Positions 10,263 to 21,159 are shown, counted from the stretch's first letter. The stretch is 50,279 nucleotides of DNA from Bacteriovoracaceae bacterium (GCA_041586955.1 JBFGZE010000015.1:1-50279); one strand, 5' to 3'. Notes: generated by a model from the letters alone, not told the origin. Program-made: numbers and translations.

Positions 10263-10793
10263 TTAACTCTGAACGTTTCCAAAAATAATTTTACCAAAAA
10301 TAGTTTCTAATTTTTGATCATTGCCATCTTTATCTCTGAGATAAATGGAGGGATCAGTTTTTCTCATATCTCTAACTGCGTCCATTACTTTTACAATGGT
10401 TTCATAATTAACATTGATCAATGGTTCAAAAATGATGGTGTTTTCATCAAGATGCTGCTTTTTTAATGTAATGAGAAAGTTATGAAGGGCCTCAAGATCA
10501 TAATCACCATTTGCGACTTTTCCAAATGACTTGAAGGCCCGACTTGGAATTCCTCGATAGAGAGTGATCTGTGACTCCGTTATTTTTAAAGTCAACGCTA
10601 ACGGTACCTTTTTCTTTTTAGGTGGGGCCGAATTTGACAATAACGGAATGTCCGACGGGATTTCGTAAATTTTTAGAAAGCTTGCGGACATTAAGAGAAA
10701 GAAAACTAAAATAAAAACCGCGTCCAGGATGGGGACGAGGTTCATTTTTTTATCTCTAGGCCTCGTTCGTCTTTTACTTGGAGGATTTAACAC
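10263..10793 (-). CDS. ExbD/TolR-family protein, AglQ-like
   Basis: NLVPILDAVFILVFFLL TM segment with the conserved Asp; YETIVKVMDAVR motif. Confidence 0.85.
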   Translation of the reverse strand: MLNPPSKRRTRPRDKKMNLVPILDAVFILVFFLLMSASFLKIYEIPSDIPLLSNSAPPKKKKVPLALTLKITESQITLYRGIPSRAFKSFGKVANGDYDLEALHNFLITLKKQHLDENTIIFEPLINVNYETIVKVMDAVRDMRKTDPSIYLRDKDGNDQKLETIFGKIIFGNVQS

Positions 10794-10828
10794 AATTCAC
10801 CTCATAATCTGAGGAAAAGGGGAGTCTA

Positions 10829-11488
10829 CTACTCGCCCTTCTCTCTTTTAGTTCCTAATAAATCCATTAATTTTACCGAAAACTCATCAATCTCATTGAT
10901 GATCTTTTCTGATTTACTACTAAGGAATGTATGAAGCATTAAAATGGTAATCGCCGCTAAGAGCCCTAGAAAAGTTGTATTCATCGCCAGGGAAATACCT
11001 TTGGCAAGAATCTCTTGCTTTTGAGCAGGGTCCGCTTCAGCAACAGCAGAGAATGATTGAATCAGACCTTGGATAGTACCAAGTAAACCAAATAGCGTAG
11101 AAATATTTGCGATCATTTGGAGATAATTAAGTCGTAATTCAACTTTTGGGATGACTTCTAATGCTGTCGCGTCTATTGCATTTTGAATTTGGTTAACGGA
11201 GGATGTTGACCTCTTTAGTCCCGATTTTAATACCTTTGGCAATGCTGCGATTGAACCTGAGCAGACTCGGATCGCCCCTTGGATATCATTAGATAGGATA
11301 TACCTTTGCAGCTCGTTCATAAAAGAAGGTCCATCGACATCCATTTTGAATGAAAGCTTAATGAAGCGCTCTAAAGCGATTGCTAAACCGATTCCCCAAA
11401 TGATGACAATTACCCACATGAATACACCACCGCCCTGGATAAAATCGGCGATTGTATTAACTGATGCTGTGGCCGCTGTTCCTTCCAT
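10829..11488 (-). CDS. MotA/TolQ/ExbB proton-channel protein, AglR-like
   Basis: GGVFMWVI...IALERF, TLFGLLGTIQGLIQSF and GISLAMNTTFLGL motifs. Confidence 0.92.
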   Translation of the reverse strand: MEGTAATASVNTIADFIQGGGVFMWVIVIIWGIGLAIALERFIKLSFKMDVDGPSFMNELQRYILSNDIQGAIRVCSGSIAALPKVLKSGLKRSTSSVNQIQNAIDATALEVIPKVELRLNYLQMIANISTLFGLLGTIQGLIQSFSAVAEADPAQKQEILAKGISLAMNTTFLGLLAAITILMLHTFLSSKSEKIINEIDEFSVKLMDLLGTKREKGE

Positions 11489-11586
11489 GGAAAACTTCTC
11501 CTTTTAAATTATTGATATAACTAAAATAATTATACCAAAGAAAAAGGACTCCAGTGGATCAGGCCATAAAGGCAGGAACATTCTGC

Positions 11587-12177
11587 CTAATGAGTATAAT
11601 GATCGGGAAAAAGTTCCCGTTCGATACCTTCTATAAAGTTGTGGATAATTTTGATATGGATTTCTTGAATCCGATCTGTCATTGCGGATGGGACTATGAT
11701 GGGAACATCAACCATCGACTTTAGTTCGCCACCATCCTTGCCTAATAAGGCGATCACTTTGACATTTTTCTTTTGGGCGACCTTAACAGCTTTAATCACA
11801 TTTTTTGAGTTGCCGCTTGTTGATATGGCCAAGAGAACATCACCGGGATTGGCCCAGCCATCGAGAAAGCGCGAGAACACATCATCGTAGCCAAAGTCAT
11901 TCGCGACACATGTCATATAGCCAGGGTCGTTGATGGCCACCGCCTTGAGCGGAGCACGGTCTTTACGAAAGCGACCGGTGAGTTCCTCGGCGAAGTGCAT
12001 TGCGTCACACATGGAACCGCCATTGCCACAACTATAAAGGGCGCCGTTACTTTTTAAACTTTCAACCATCAGGGATATCCCCTCTTTGATATGTTTAAAA
12101 AATGATTCATCATTCAAAATGGTTTGCATCAATTTTTGTGACTCTTCAAAATTTTTCTGAATAAAATGATTGGGCAT
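11587..12177 (-). CDS. gmhA: D-sedoheptulose-7-phosphate isomerase
   Basis: CGNGGSMCDAMHFAEELTGRF, AISTSGNS and DRIQEIHIKIIH motifs. Confidence 0.97.
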   Translation of the reverse strand: MPNHFIQKNFEESQKLMQTILNDESFFKHIKEGISLMVESLKSNGALYSCGNGGSMCDAMHFAEELTGRFRKDRAPLKAVAINDPGYMTCVANDFGYDDVFSRFLDGWANPGDVLLAISTSGNSKNVIKAVKVAQKKNVKVIALLGKDGGELKSMVDVPIIVPSAMTDRIQEIHIKIIHNFIEGIERELFPDHYTH

Positions 12178-12190
12178 ATTGGTGACCTAT

Positions 12191-12219
12191 AAAAAGGGAG
12201 GGGCTTTATGGCCCCCCGC
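12191..12219 (-). terminator. Possible rho-independent terminator after trxA
   Basis: Minus strand reads gcggggggc-cataaa-gcccctccc-ttttt (imperfect GC-rich stem plus U-run). Confidence 0.5.
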
Positions 12220-12226
12220 GCATAAA

Positions 12227-12550
12227 CTAGGAAAGTTCTTCAAGTGTTTTCTTGATTTCGTCTTTAGGCTGAACACCGACAAGTGTTTTGGCCGCTTCGC
12301 CATCCTTAAAGAAGATCATTGTTGGAATACCACGAACACCGTATTGCTGTGCTAATTCTTGATTGTCATCAACATTGATTTTTACAATTTGAGCTTTCTC
12401 GCCAATTTCTGATTGAACTTCATCTAAAATTGGCCCTAAGGTACGACAAGGTCCACACCACTCGGCCCAAAAATCAACTAAAACTGGTTTAGAAGACTTG
12501 ATCACTTTTTCATCAAAATTTACTTTATCTACTTTTTCTACTTGGCCCAT
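12227..12550 (-). CDS. trxA: Thioredoxin
   Basis: VDFWAEWCGPC active site, 107 aa. Confidence 0.97.
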   Translation of the reverse strand: MGQVEKVDKVNFDEKVIKSSKPVLVDFWAEWCGPCRTLGPILDEVQSEIGEKAQIVKINVDDNQELAQQYGVRGIPTMIFFKDGEAAKTLVGVQPKDEIKKTLEELS

Positions 12551-12685
12551 GATTTTCTCCTCTCGAGTTATTTCTTTCTATTTTTTAACCCATAGAAGAA
12601 AAACTGTCTATGACGCTATGACTAAACCCTTGTCGTGCAAAAAGTTCCTATTTTTATTGCATAATCAATAGGATAGTATGAGGTC

Positions 12686-13186
12686 ATGGATCGCAAGTAT
12701 TTTTTAAAACGAACTTTCAATACTGCCCTGCTTGCTAGACTCGTAGCTAAGGCCATCGATATTTTTATCGTCATTATTCTTTCGTTCTTTTTTTACCCTA
12801 TGGGTATCGTGCTTTCCCTCATTTATATTTCTATTGCAGATTCACTTCAGCATGGGCAATCGGTGGGCAAGAAGTTTATCGGCTTTTTCGTGATTTCTTT
12901 AGAAGACGGCACTCCATGCTCACTTAAGCAGTCAATCATTCGCAATTTACCACTCTCAATCCCTTTATTTTTTGCCATTATCCCTATTTGGGGATGGGTT
13001 CTCTGTTTTCTCACCGGCCTACCTTTAATTGGCCTAGAGCTATACCTGCTATTCAAACTCGACTCAGGCCATCGAATTGGTGATGTCATGGCCGATACCA
13101 CTGTTTTGGCCAATGATTCTCATCAGATTGCCATGAGGAATCAAAAAGAGGGATGGTTCGATAAAAATACAGAACCCTGCTCATAA
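12686..13186 (+). CDS. RDD family membrane protein
   Basis: RLVAKAID...GQSVGKKFIG...RIGDVMADTTV: the conserved R, D, D residues. Confidence 0.88.
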   Translation: MDRKYFLKRTFNTALLARLVAKAIDIFIVIILSFFFYPMGIVLSLIYISIADSLQHGQSVGKKFIGFFVISLEDGTPCSLKQSIIRNLPLSIPLFFAIIPIWGWVLCFLTGLPLIGLELYLLFKLDSGHRIGDVMADTTVLANDSHQIAMRNQKEGWFDKNTEPCS

Positions 13187-13281
13187 TCCTTAATTTCCTT
13201 TGATCTTAAAATATTAAGGCCATTTAGTTGTCCGTGGGTGATAGCAATGTTAAAACATTGCCCTAAACCCTGGAGTGAGTA

Positions 13282-15990
13282 ATGGCCGAGAAACGACTTA
13301 TTGTTGTTGATGTAAGTAATTTTATTTTTAGAGCTTTTTTTGCAATTCGTGTTCTTCATTCCCCTGAGGGGGTACCTGTTAACGCTGTTCATGGCGTTCT
13401 TAATATGTTTCTCAAATTATTATCGAAATACCGCCCGACTCATATGTTCTTGGCCAAGGATACATCTGGCGGCAGCTTTCGTAACGAAATGTACTCCGAA
13501 TATAAGGCCAATCGCTCAGTGCCACCAGAAGATCTTGTGCCTCAATTCGAGCTAATTCAAACCTTGATTGAAAAGATGGGATTTAAGTACTGTGCCCTGG
13601 AAGAGTTTGAGGCCGACGATATTATCGGTAGTGCCGCAGTTCAATGGGCCAAGGATTTTGATGAAGTCCTTATTGCCTCTGGAGATAAGGATTTAATGCA
13701 ATTTGTGGGTGGCAATATTAAAATGCTCGATACCATGAAAGATATTGCTTACGACGCCGACGCCGTTTTTGAAAAAATGGGAGTGCGACCAGACCAAATC
13801 GTTGATTACCTTGCGATGGTTGGAGATGCATCCGATAATATTCCTGGAATGAAGGGCATTGGCGCTAAGGGGGCGGCAAAATTATTGGCCGAATATGATT
13901 CTTTAGAAAAATGTATTGAAGCTAAGGACACTTTTAAAGGTAAGAAATTAACAAATGCTTTTGAAAACCATTTAGACGATGCTTTACTGTCAAAAAAACT
14001 AGTCCAAATCGTCACTGATATTGATCTTGGCGTGGAAGTGGATAACCTTGCTTTTCAATTTTACCCCAGCGATGAGTTAATTGAGTATCTTCGCAGTTTA
14101 GGCTTTAAAACTGTATTGAAAAAGCTAGAGGATATGCGTCTTGCTGAATACCATGCAAATACTAACGATAATAATATTGAAGAATCAAATAATTTTGTCA
14201 CCGCAACAAAAACTTATCCTTCAACGGAGATTACAACTCAGGACGAATTAAAGGATTTATTAAAAAAAATCAAGGCCGTTTCTTTTCTGTCCGCTCATTC
14301 AGAATATGATGGCAATGATCCTCATGATCGTCATCTTTTAGCTCTGAGTATATCGTTGGATGGCGAGAGCGCATTTTATATTTCCTTTGATAAAGCTTCT
14401 TCTCAATTTGGTGAGAAGGAAAGGTTTGAAGTATTAAAGGCCATTTGGGGGCGCGATGATCTAGAGGTTGCCAGCGAGCATTGGAAACGCGACTTTGCCG
14501 AATCATTAAAATTAGAATTGGAAGTCAAGGCCCAGCGCTTTGATATTGTTCAGGCCCATTTTATTTTAAACCCTCAGGTCAAGCATGAACTCGATTTTAT
14601 CGCAAAAGAATATCGTGGTTATGATATCACTTTATTGGAAAAGAAAAGCCCTTATATATTATCTTTAGAGGAGAGTGAGCGAGGTAAATTTTGCGCCGAG
14701 CGCTCTTGTCTCATTTTTCAAATTGCTGAAGAGATGAAAAAGGAGCTCGTCGCAAAAGAGTTAAATACTGTTTATGATGAAATCGATAATCCGTTGATTC
14801 CGGTATTAGCGAGAATGGAGCTCGAGGGGATTTTTCTTAATCGCGAGTACTTTGAAGAACTTAGTATTGAGTTTGAAAGTGCCTTAGTTGATATAGAAAA
14901 ATCAATTGAAGAAGAAATTGATGGTGATTCAATAAATTTGAATTCACCTAAACAGGTAGGGGAGCTTCTTTTTGAAAGAATGGAACTTCCCATCATAAAA
15001 AAAACAAAAACGGGATTTTCAACTGACTCAGAAGTATTACAAGAATTAGTTTCTCTAGACTTAAGCCCTATTCCGGGTCTTATTTTAAAGTATCGTGAAA
15101 TGAGTAAATTATTATCAACTTATGTTCGCGCCTTGCCAGAGTTGATAAATCCTAAAACATCTAAAATACATACGACTTTTAATCAGCATATTGCTGCGAC
15201 TGGGCGTCTGGCGTCCAGTAACCCGAATTTACAAAATATTCCTATTCGCACGGAATTGGGTAAAAAAGTGCGCAAGGGGTTTATCGCGACACCGGGACAT
15301 TTACTTCTTGGAGCTGATTATTCTCAAGTCGAGCTCCGCTTATTGGCGCATTTTTCGGGTGATGAAACGATGATCAAGGCCTTTCAAGCTGGTCAAGATA
15401 TTCATAGGCAAACAGCTTCTGAAGTTTTGGGTATTCCTTTAGATGAGGTGACAAGTGAGCAAAGAAGTCAGGCCAAGGCCGTTAACTTTGGGCTCATGTA
15501 TGGCCAGTCATCCTTTGGGCTCTCTAAACAATTGCGCATTTCACGTAAAGAGGCGAAAGAATATATTACTCTCTATTTCTCGCGGTTTTCCAGAGTTAAG
15601 GAATACCTCGACACTCTTAAAGAAGAAGCTGAGAAAACAGGGTACGCTCAAACCTTTTATGGAAGGAAGCGTTTTCTCCCCGATATTCATTCTAGTAATC
15701 GCACCATAAAGGCGATGGCCGAGCGTGTGGCGATCAATAGCCCGATTCAGGGAACTGCCGCCGATATTATTAAAGTAGCGATGATTAGAATTCAGCAAAA
15801 AATTGAAGACAAGAATTTGAAATCGCGGCTTATTTTACAAGTGCATGATGAATTGATTTTTGAAGTTCCGGAATCTGAATTAGCAGAGATGAAAACTCTT
15901 GTGCGGGAAGGAATGGAGCATGTCGTCGAATTAAGCATTCCCATGAAGGTCGATATGGGGATGGGCGTCAATTGGCTGGATCTTAAGTAA
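13282..15990 (+). CDS. polA: DNA polymerase I
   Basis: 5'-3' exonuclease N-terminus (EADDIIG, GDASDNIPG); polymerase motifs DYSQVELR, KAVNFGLMYG, LQVHDEL. Confidence 0.98.
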   Translation: MAEKRLIVVDVSNFIFRAFFAIRVLHSPEGVPVNAVHGVLNMFLKLLSKYRPTHMFLAKDTSGGSFRNEMYSEYKANRSVPPEDLVPQFELIQTLIEKMGFKYCALEEFEADDIIGSAAVQWAKDFDEVLIASGDKDLMQFVGGNIKMLDTMKDIAYDADAVFEKMGVRPDQIVDYLAMVGDASDNIPGMKGIGAKGAAKLLAEYDSLEKCIEAKDTFKGKKLTNAFENHLDDALLSKKLVQIVTDIDLGVEVDNLAFQFYPSDELIEYLRSLGFKTVLKKLEDMRLAEYHANTNDNNIEESNNFVTATKTYPSTEITTQDELKDLLKKIKAVSFLSAHSEYDGNDPHDRHLLALSISLDGESAFYISFDKASSQFGEKERFEVLKAIWGRDDLEVASEHWKRDFAESLKLELEVKAQRFDIVQAHFILNPQVKHELDFIAKEYRGYDITLLEKKSPYILSLEESERGKFCAERSCLIFQIAEEMKKELVAKELNTVYDEIDNPLIPVLARMELEGIFLNREYFEELSIEFESALVDIEKSIEEEIDGDSINLNSPKQVGELLFERMELPIIKKTKTGFSTDSEVLQELVSLDLSPIPGLILKYREMSKLLSTYVRALPELINPKTSKIHTTFNQHIAATGRLASSNPNLQNIPIRTELGKKVRKGFIATPGHLLLGADYSQVELRLLAHFSGDETMIKAFQAGQDIHRQTASEVLGIPLDEVTSEQRSQAKAVNFGLMYGQSSFGLSKQLRISRKEAKEYITLYFSRFSRVKEYLDTLKEEAEKTGYAQTFYGRKRFLPDIHSSNRTIKAMAERVAINSPIQGTAADIIKVAMIRIQQKIEDKNLKSRLILQVHDELIFEVPESELAEMKTLVREGMEHVVELSIPMKVDMGMGVNWLDLK

Positions 15991-16068
15991 GCTCCCGAAT
16001 TTATAAGAAAATGGTGATGGCCCACTTTCGGTCGATAAAAAATATCCAGTTTTCTTATTGTTCAGGGC

Positions 16069-16096
16069 TTGACATCGATCTAGTCGGCATTACATT
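16069..16096 (+). promoter_or_regulatory. Candidate sigma-70-type promoter of groES-groEL
   Basis: TTGACA (16069-74), 16-bp spacer, TACATT (16091-96). Confidence 0.45.
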
Positions 16097-16162
16097 GTGT
16101 TCGAAAACTTAATTTAATTGATAAGTTAATGATATTTATGTCTAAGAATAGAGGAGGACATT

Positions 16163-16450
16163 ATGCAGGTAAGACCACTTCAAGATCGTGTTTTAGTGAC
16201 GAGAACAGAAGAAGAGAAAAAAACAGCTGGCGGGATTATCATTCCAGATAATACTTCTGAAAAGCCCGCTCAAGGTGAAATTATCGCCGTTGGAGCTGGC
16301 TACCGTCTTCAAGATGGTACCGTTCGTTCACTAGAAGTTAAAAAAGGGGACGTTGTCCTTTTTGGAAAGTATGCAGGAACAGAAGTTAAGGTTGATGGAC
16401 AAGAGTATTTAATCATGAAAGAAGACGATATTCTTGGTGTGATTCAATAG
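16163..16450 (+). CDS. groES: Co-chaperonin GroES
   Basis: RPLQDRVLV...TAGGIIIPD...KYAGTEV; SD gaggagg. Confidence 0.99.
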   Translation: MQVRPLQDRVLVTRTEEEKKTAGGIIIPDNTSEKPAQGEIIAVGAGYRLQDGTVRSLEVKKGDVVLFGKYAGTEVKVDGQEYLIMKEDDILGVIQ

Positions 16451-16495
16451 AACTTCACTTTAAATTATTTTACTAAATGAAATTGTTATTTTTAA

Positions 16496-18166
<1,671 letters not shown>

Positions 18167-18200
18167 TTTTACAACGCCTAAATATTAAAAAATGATTGAG

Positions 18201-18229
18201 AGGGCCACTCTAATGAGTGGCCCTTTTTT
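18201..18229 (+). terminator. Rho-independent terminator of groESL
   Basis: agggccactc-taat-gagtggccct, a perfect 10-bp stem followed by a T-run. Confidence 0.92.
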
Positions 18230-18390
18230 CTCTATGACAAACACGTTCTCGTAAACTGCGATGCGAAATACCTGGGCATTCCACTAGATTTGATATTGAT
18301 ATCGCTTGAGATAAGAACCTTTACTTCCCCTTTTTTGATTTTTATGCTCAAATCATAAGATCAAAATATTGCCAAAGGAAAGTCGGATAT

Positions 18391-19119
18391 ATGGATCCCA
18401 AAAGAAAAAGTTTACTTAAAGAGTTAAGAGATTACGCGCTTATTTTTATTGTTGTTTTTGGCTTTAAATCAACCTTTTTTGAACCGAACCATATTCCCTC
18501 AGGCTCCATGTTACCAACAATGGCCATCGGTGACTTTGTTGTTGTGAATAAAATGGCCTATGGTTTTCGAATTCCTTTTAGTGACTTTGCGATGTTTGGC
18601 CTCAACTTTAACTCCATCTATTTAAATGACTTTAAAGTGCCTGATAAGGGTGACATTGTTGTTTTTAAATACCCCAATGATCCTAGTATCTCCTACGTTA
18701 AAAGAGTGATAGGGCTTCCAGGTGATGAAATCGAAGTATTTGATAATGAGGTGTTTATCAACGGTGAGCCGGTTGTAACGACTCCCGTTGATCGCAAGGG
18801 ACTCATTGACCTTTATGATCAGCACTTTCACCCTGATACAATTGAATTTCACAAAGTAAGAGTGGGTGAAAAAGAATTTACAACGGCGTATAATGTAGGG
18901 ATGCCCTATCACCTCAATATGGAGAAAAAAGTTGTGCCAGCAGGGCATATCTTTGTGATGGGTGATAATCGCGACTTTTCTTCAGACTCCCGCGTTTGGG
19001 GCTTTGTTCCTTTCGAGAATATAAAGGGACGCGCTATGTTTGTTTGGCTCAATATGGTTTATCCTTGGTCTAAGGAAAAGTTTCATTTTAGGCCAGGACG
19101 TATTGGTACCTCTTTCTAA
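18391..19119 (+). CDS. lepB: Signal peptidase I
   Basis: IPSGSMLPT (catalytic Ser), YVKRVIGLPGD (Lys), GDNRDFSSDSRVWG. Confidence 0.95.
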   Translation: MDPKRKSLLKELRDYALIFIVVFGFKSTFFEPNHIPSGSMLPTMAIGDFVVVNKMAYGFRIPFSDFAMFGLNFNSIYLNDFKVPDKGDIVVFKYPNDPSISYVKRVIGLPGDEIEVFDNEVFINGEPVVTTPVDRKGLIDLYDQHFHPDTIEFHKVRVGEKEFTTAYNVGMPYHLNMEKKVVPAGHIFVMGDNRDFSSDSRVWGFVPFENIKGRAMFVWLNMVYPWSKEKFHFRPGRIGTSF

Positions 19120-19120
19120 A

Positions 19121-19810
19121 ATGTCTGACCCTGTTTGGACAATCTTTGGAAAATACCCCCAAAAAGGATTTTCTAAAACACGACTTGCCAGGGACTTAGA
19201 CGAGGAATCAGCTCTTCTTCTTTATCACGCTTTTATTGAGGACTTTTTTGAGGGCCTGGCGAGATATCAAAAAAGTAAACAGGACGTAATTCAATTATGG
19301 CCCACTCCCTTTAATCAAAAGGTCAAAAATTATTTTGAAGACCTAAGTCTCAAAGTCAATTTAACGGGAGAGTTAGAATACCACCCACAAGATGAGAAAC
19401 TCACTTTTTTTGAAAGATTAAAGGCCATCTTAAACGCCAATAAAGGAAGGACAGTTCTACTCACTGGAACAGATATTCCCAATTTTCCCTTTCATTATTT
19501 AAATGCACCCTCTCCCAAAAAAGATGAGGTGATTATTGGTCCAGATCGTGATGGTGGTTTTTATTTTATGGCAGTGAATGGTGAGCATGCTGATCTTTTT
19601 AACATCAACCCCGACCTTATGTCTTCTGGCCAATTGATGACTATATTGAAGAACAGAATTAGACAATTGAATTTAAAATTAACTCTATTGAGTCCTTGGT
19701 CAGACATTGACACTCTCGAGGACCTAAAGCTGCAATTACAATCCCCAGAAAATATGGAGAAAACGACAATCGTCGCTAAGACTCTGGGGATAGGAATCGA
19801 GACCTTTTAA
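19121..19810 (+). CDS. DUF2064/TIGR04282-like nucleotidyl/glycosyltransferase-fold protein
   Basis: KYPQKGFSKTRLA, GTDIP, IGPDRDGGFYF, WSDIDTLEDL. Start moved to ATG 19121, just after the lepB stop. Confidence 0.8.
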   Translation: MSDPVWTIFGKYPQKGFSKTRLARDLDEESALLLYHAFIEDFFEGLARYQKSKQDVIQLWPTPFNQKVKNYFEDLSLKVNLTGELEYHPQDEKLTFFERLKAILNANKGRTVLLTGTDIPNFPFHYLNAPSPKKDEVIIGPDRDGGFYFMAVNGEHADLFNINPDLMSSGQLMTILKNRIRQLNLKLTLLSPWSDIDTLEDLKLQLQSPENMEKTTIVAKTLGIGIETF

Positions 19811-19900
19811 AAAGTGTCATAACTCCACCTCTCAAGATAAATGCACTAGCGCCAATTTGGACCTTCTTTTGCGATTCCCTTTATTTACCTCATTAATTTG

Positions 19901-19917
19901 TTGGCATATTAAATGCA
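19901..19917 (+). promoter_or_regulatory. Sigma-54 (-24/-12) promoter
   Basis: TTGGCATATTAAATGCA, with GG-N10-GC spacing, about 70 bp upstream of ORF 19985. Confidence 0.7.
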
Positions 19918-19927
19918 CCTATAAAGC

Positions 19928-19987
19928 TGTGTCCAGGAGGGACATGCATTTAAATTCAAGGATTGAAGCCAAGGAGCTATTAGGATG
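19928..19987 (+). promoter_or_regulatory. Array of AGGA-loop hairpins in the 5' UTR (candidate CsrA sites)
   Basis: tgtgtcc-AGGAG-ggacatg, ttca-AGGAT-tgaa, agc-cAAGGA-gct, then tAGGAtg at the start codon. Confidence 0.55.
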
Positions 19988-20305
19988 GGCCACTCAGTAA
20001 AAAAAGGATTGTTACTTCTTTCAATCTTCTTCTCCTCAAGTAGAACACTCGCAATAACAAGAATTCCTTTTCATTGTCCTGAAAAATTTTTGGGAAAGGT
20101 GAAGCAAGTGACCGATTCTAAAGCTCCTTTTTCCTCCTTTCCACGTCAAAAAATTGAATTTATTATTCAAAATCCCGAGGATAGCACTACCAATGATACT
20201 CGAGAAATAATTGTGGTGAAAAGTCATGGCCATCAATTTAAAAAAGGTCAGAAGTTCCTTGTTGAAATGAATAATAATTTAGTTTGCAAAATTAAAAAGA
20301 TGTAA
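19985..20305 (+). CDS. Small secreted hypothetical protein
   Basis: Signal peptide (KKGLLLLSIFF...TLA), two Cys, SD aaggag. Confidence 0.65.
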   Translation: MGHSVKKGLLLLSIFFSSSRTLAITRIPFHCPEKFLGKVKQVTDSKAPFSSFPRQKIEFIIQNPEDSTTNDTREIIVVKSHGHQFKKGQKFLVEMNNNLVCKIKKM

Positions 20306-20325
20306 ATTTCACCAAAAGGAATTGT

Positions 20326-21114
20326 ATGAAATTAAGAGACATCATACTGGCGGTATTCATTTACCTCATGCCGGTTCACATTATCTATGCCTATTCATAC
20401 ACCGATGATTTCAATCTCGGATTTTATTGGAGGTCAATTCCTGTCAATGTCAAAAACTTTGTCATTACAGATAGTGAAGGAGAACTTTTGGCGGGTCTGG
20501 TAAGAGAATCGATTAATGAATGGGAAGAATCTGTTGGTAAAGACTTATGGAATATTCATGAAGACTATATAATTTCTGAAAACTATTCAGGTAATTATAT
20601 CCGGTGGTCAAATAATTTTGCCGAAGATACGGGTTATGATCCCAGCTATACCCTCGCTATAACAACTCGCTACTCAGTGGGTCCTTATATCTCACGTACT
20701 GAAATTATATTAAATGGTGAACTAATTTATCTCAGACAAAATGATGGAGATATTTTAAAGAAAACGATCCTCCACGAATTGGGGCATACATTAGGCCTGG
20801 GTCATTCTGAAGAGGACTCTATTATGCGTTCTTATATTTCTTCAACTAACTCTCTTCAAGAAGATGATATTTATGGTATGTCTCAATTGCTGCAAGAAAC
20901 TGAGCGCCGTGTATCAACAGGTTATATTTCTCAGCATGCTTATATTGAGGAAGAATCTAATGCGGCAAAATTTGCCGGCTGCGGTACCATTCAAAACCCC
21001 AGTGGCGGTGGAGGAGGTGGTGGACATGGGCCTTCCTTTTTGCTTGGTTTGATCGGGGTTTCATTCGCTATGAGAAGATCTTCAAAGGAGAATTTTTCCT
21101 CTGTGAATCTCTAG
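20326..21114 (+). CDS. Matrixin (M10-like metzincin) metalloprotease with C-terminal membrane anchor
   Basis: HELGHTLGLGH zinc motif, Met-turn SIMR, LQEDDIYGM; C-terminal GCG, poly-Gly, hydrophobic stretch, RR. Confidence 0.88.
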   Translation: MKLRDIILAVFIYLMPVHIIYAYSYTDDFNLGFYWRSIPVNVKNFVITDSEGELLAGLVRESINEWEESVGKDLWNIHEDYIISENYSGNYIRWSNNFAEDTGYDPSYTLAITTRYSVGPYISRTEIILNGELIYLRQNDGDILKKTILHELGHTLGLGHSEEDSIMRSYISSTNSLQEDDIYGMSQLLQETERRVSTGYISQHAYIEEESNAAKFAGCGTIQNPSGGGGGGGHGPSFLLGLIGVSFAMRRSSKENFSSVNL

Positions 21115-21159
21115 GGCCAATTAACTTACCTTCTTTTTCTTAAATGCCGAACGGCAGGT

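Noticed and set aside
9745..11488. ExbB/ExbD energiser for the TonB-dependent receptor at 26720
   Set aside because: No TonB gene is adjacent. Two TolR-like genes with AglQ/AglS-type motifs next to a Glt-like operon fit a gliding-type motor better.
16000..16162. CIRCE element upstream of groES
   Set aside because: No TTAGCACTC-N9-GAGTGCTAA inverted repeat is present.
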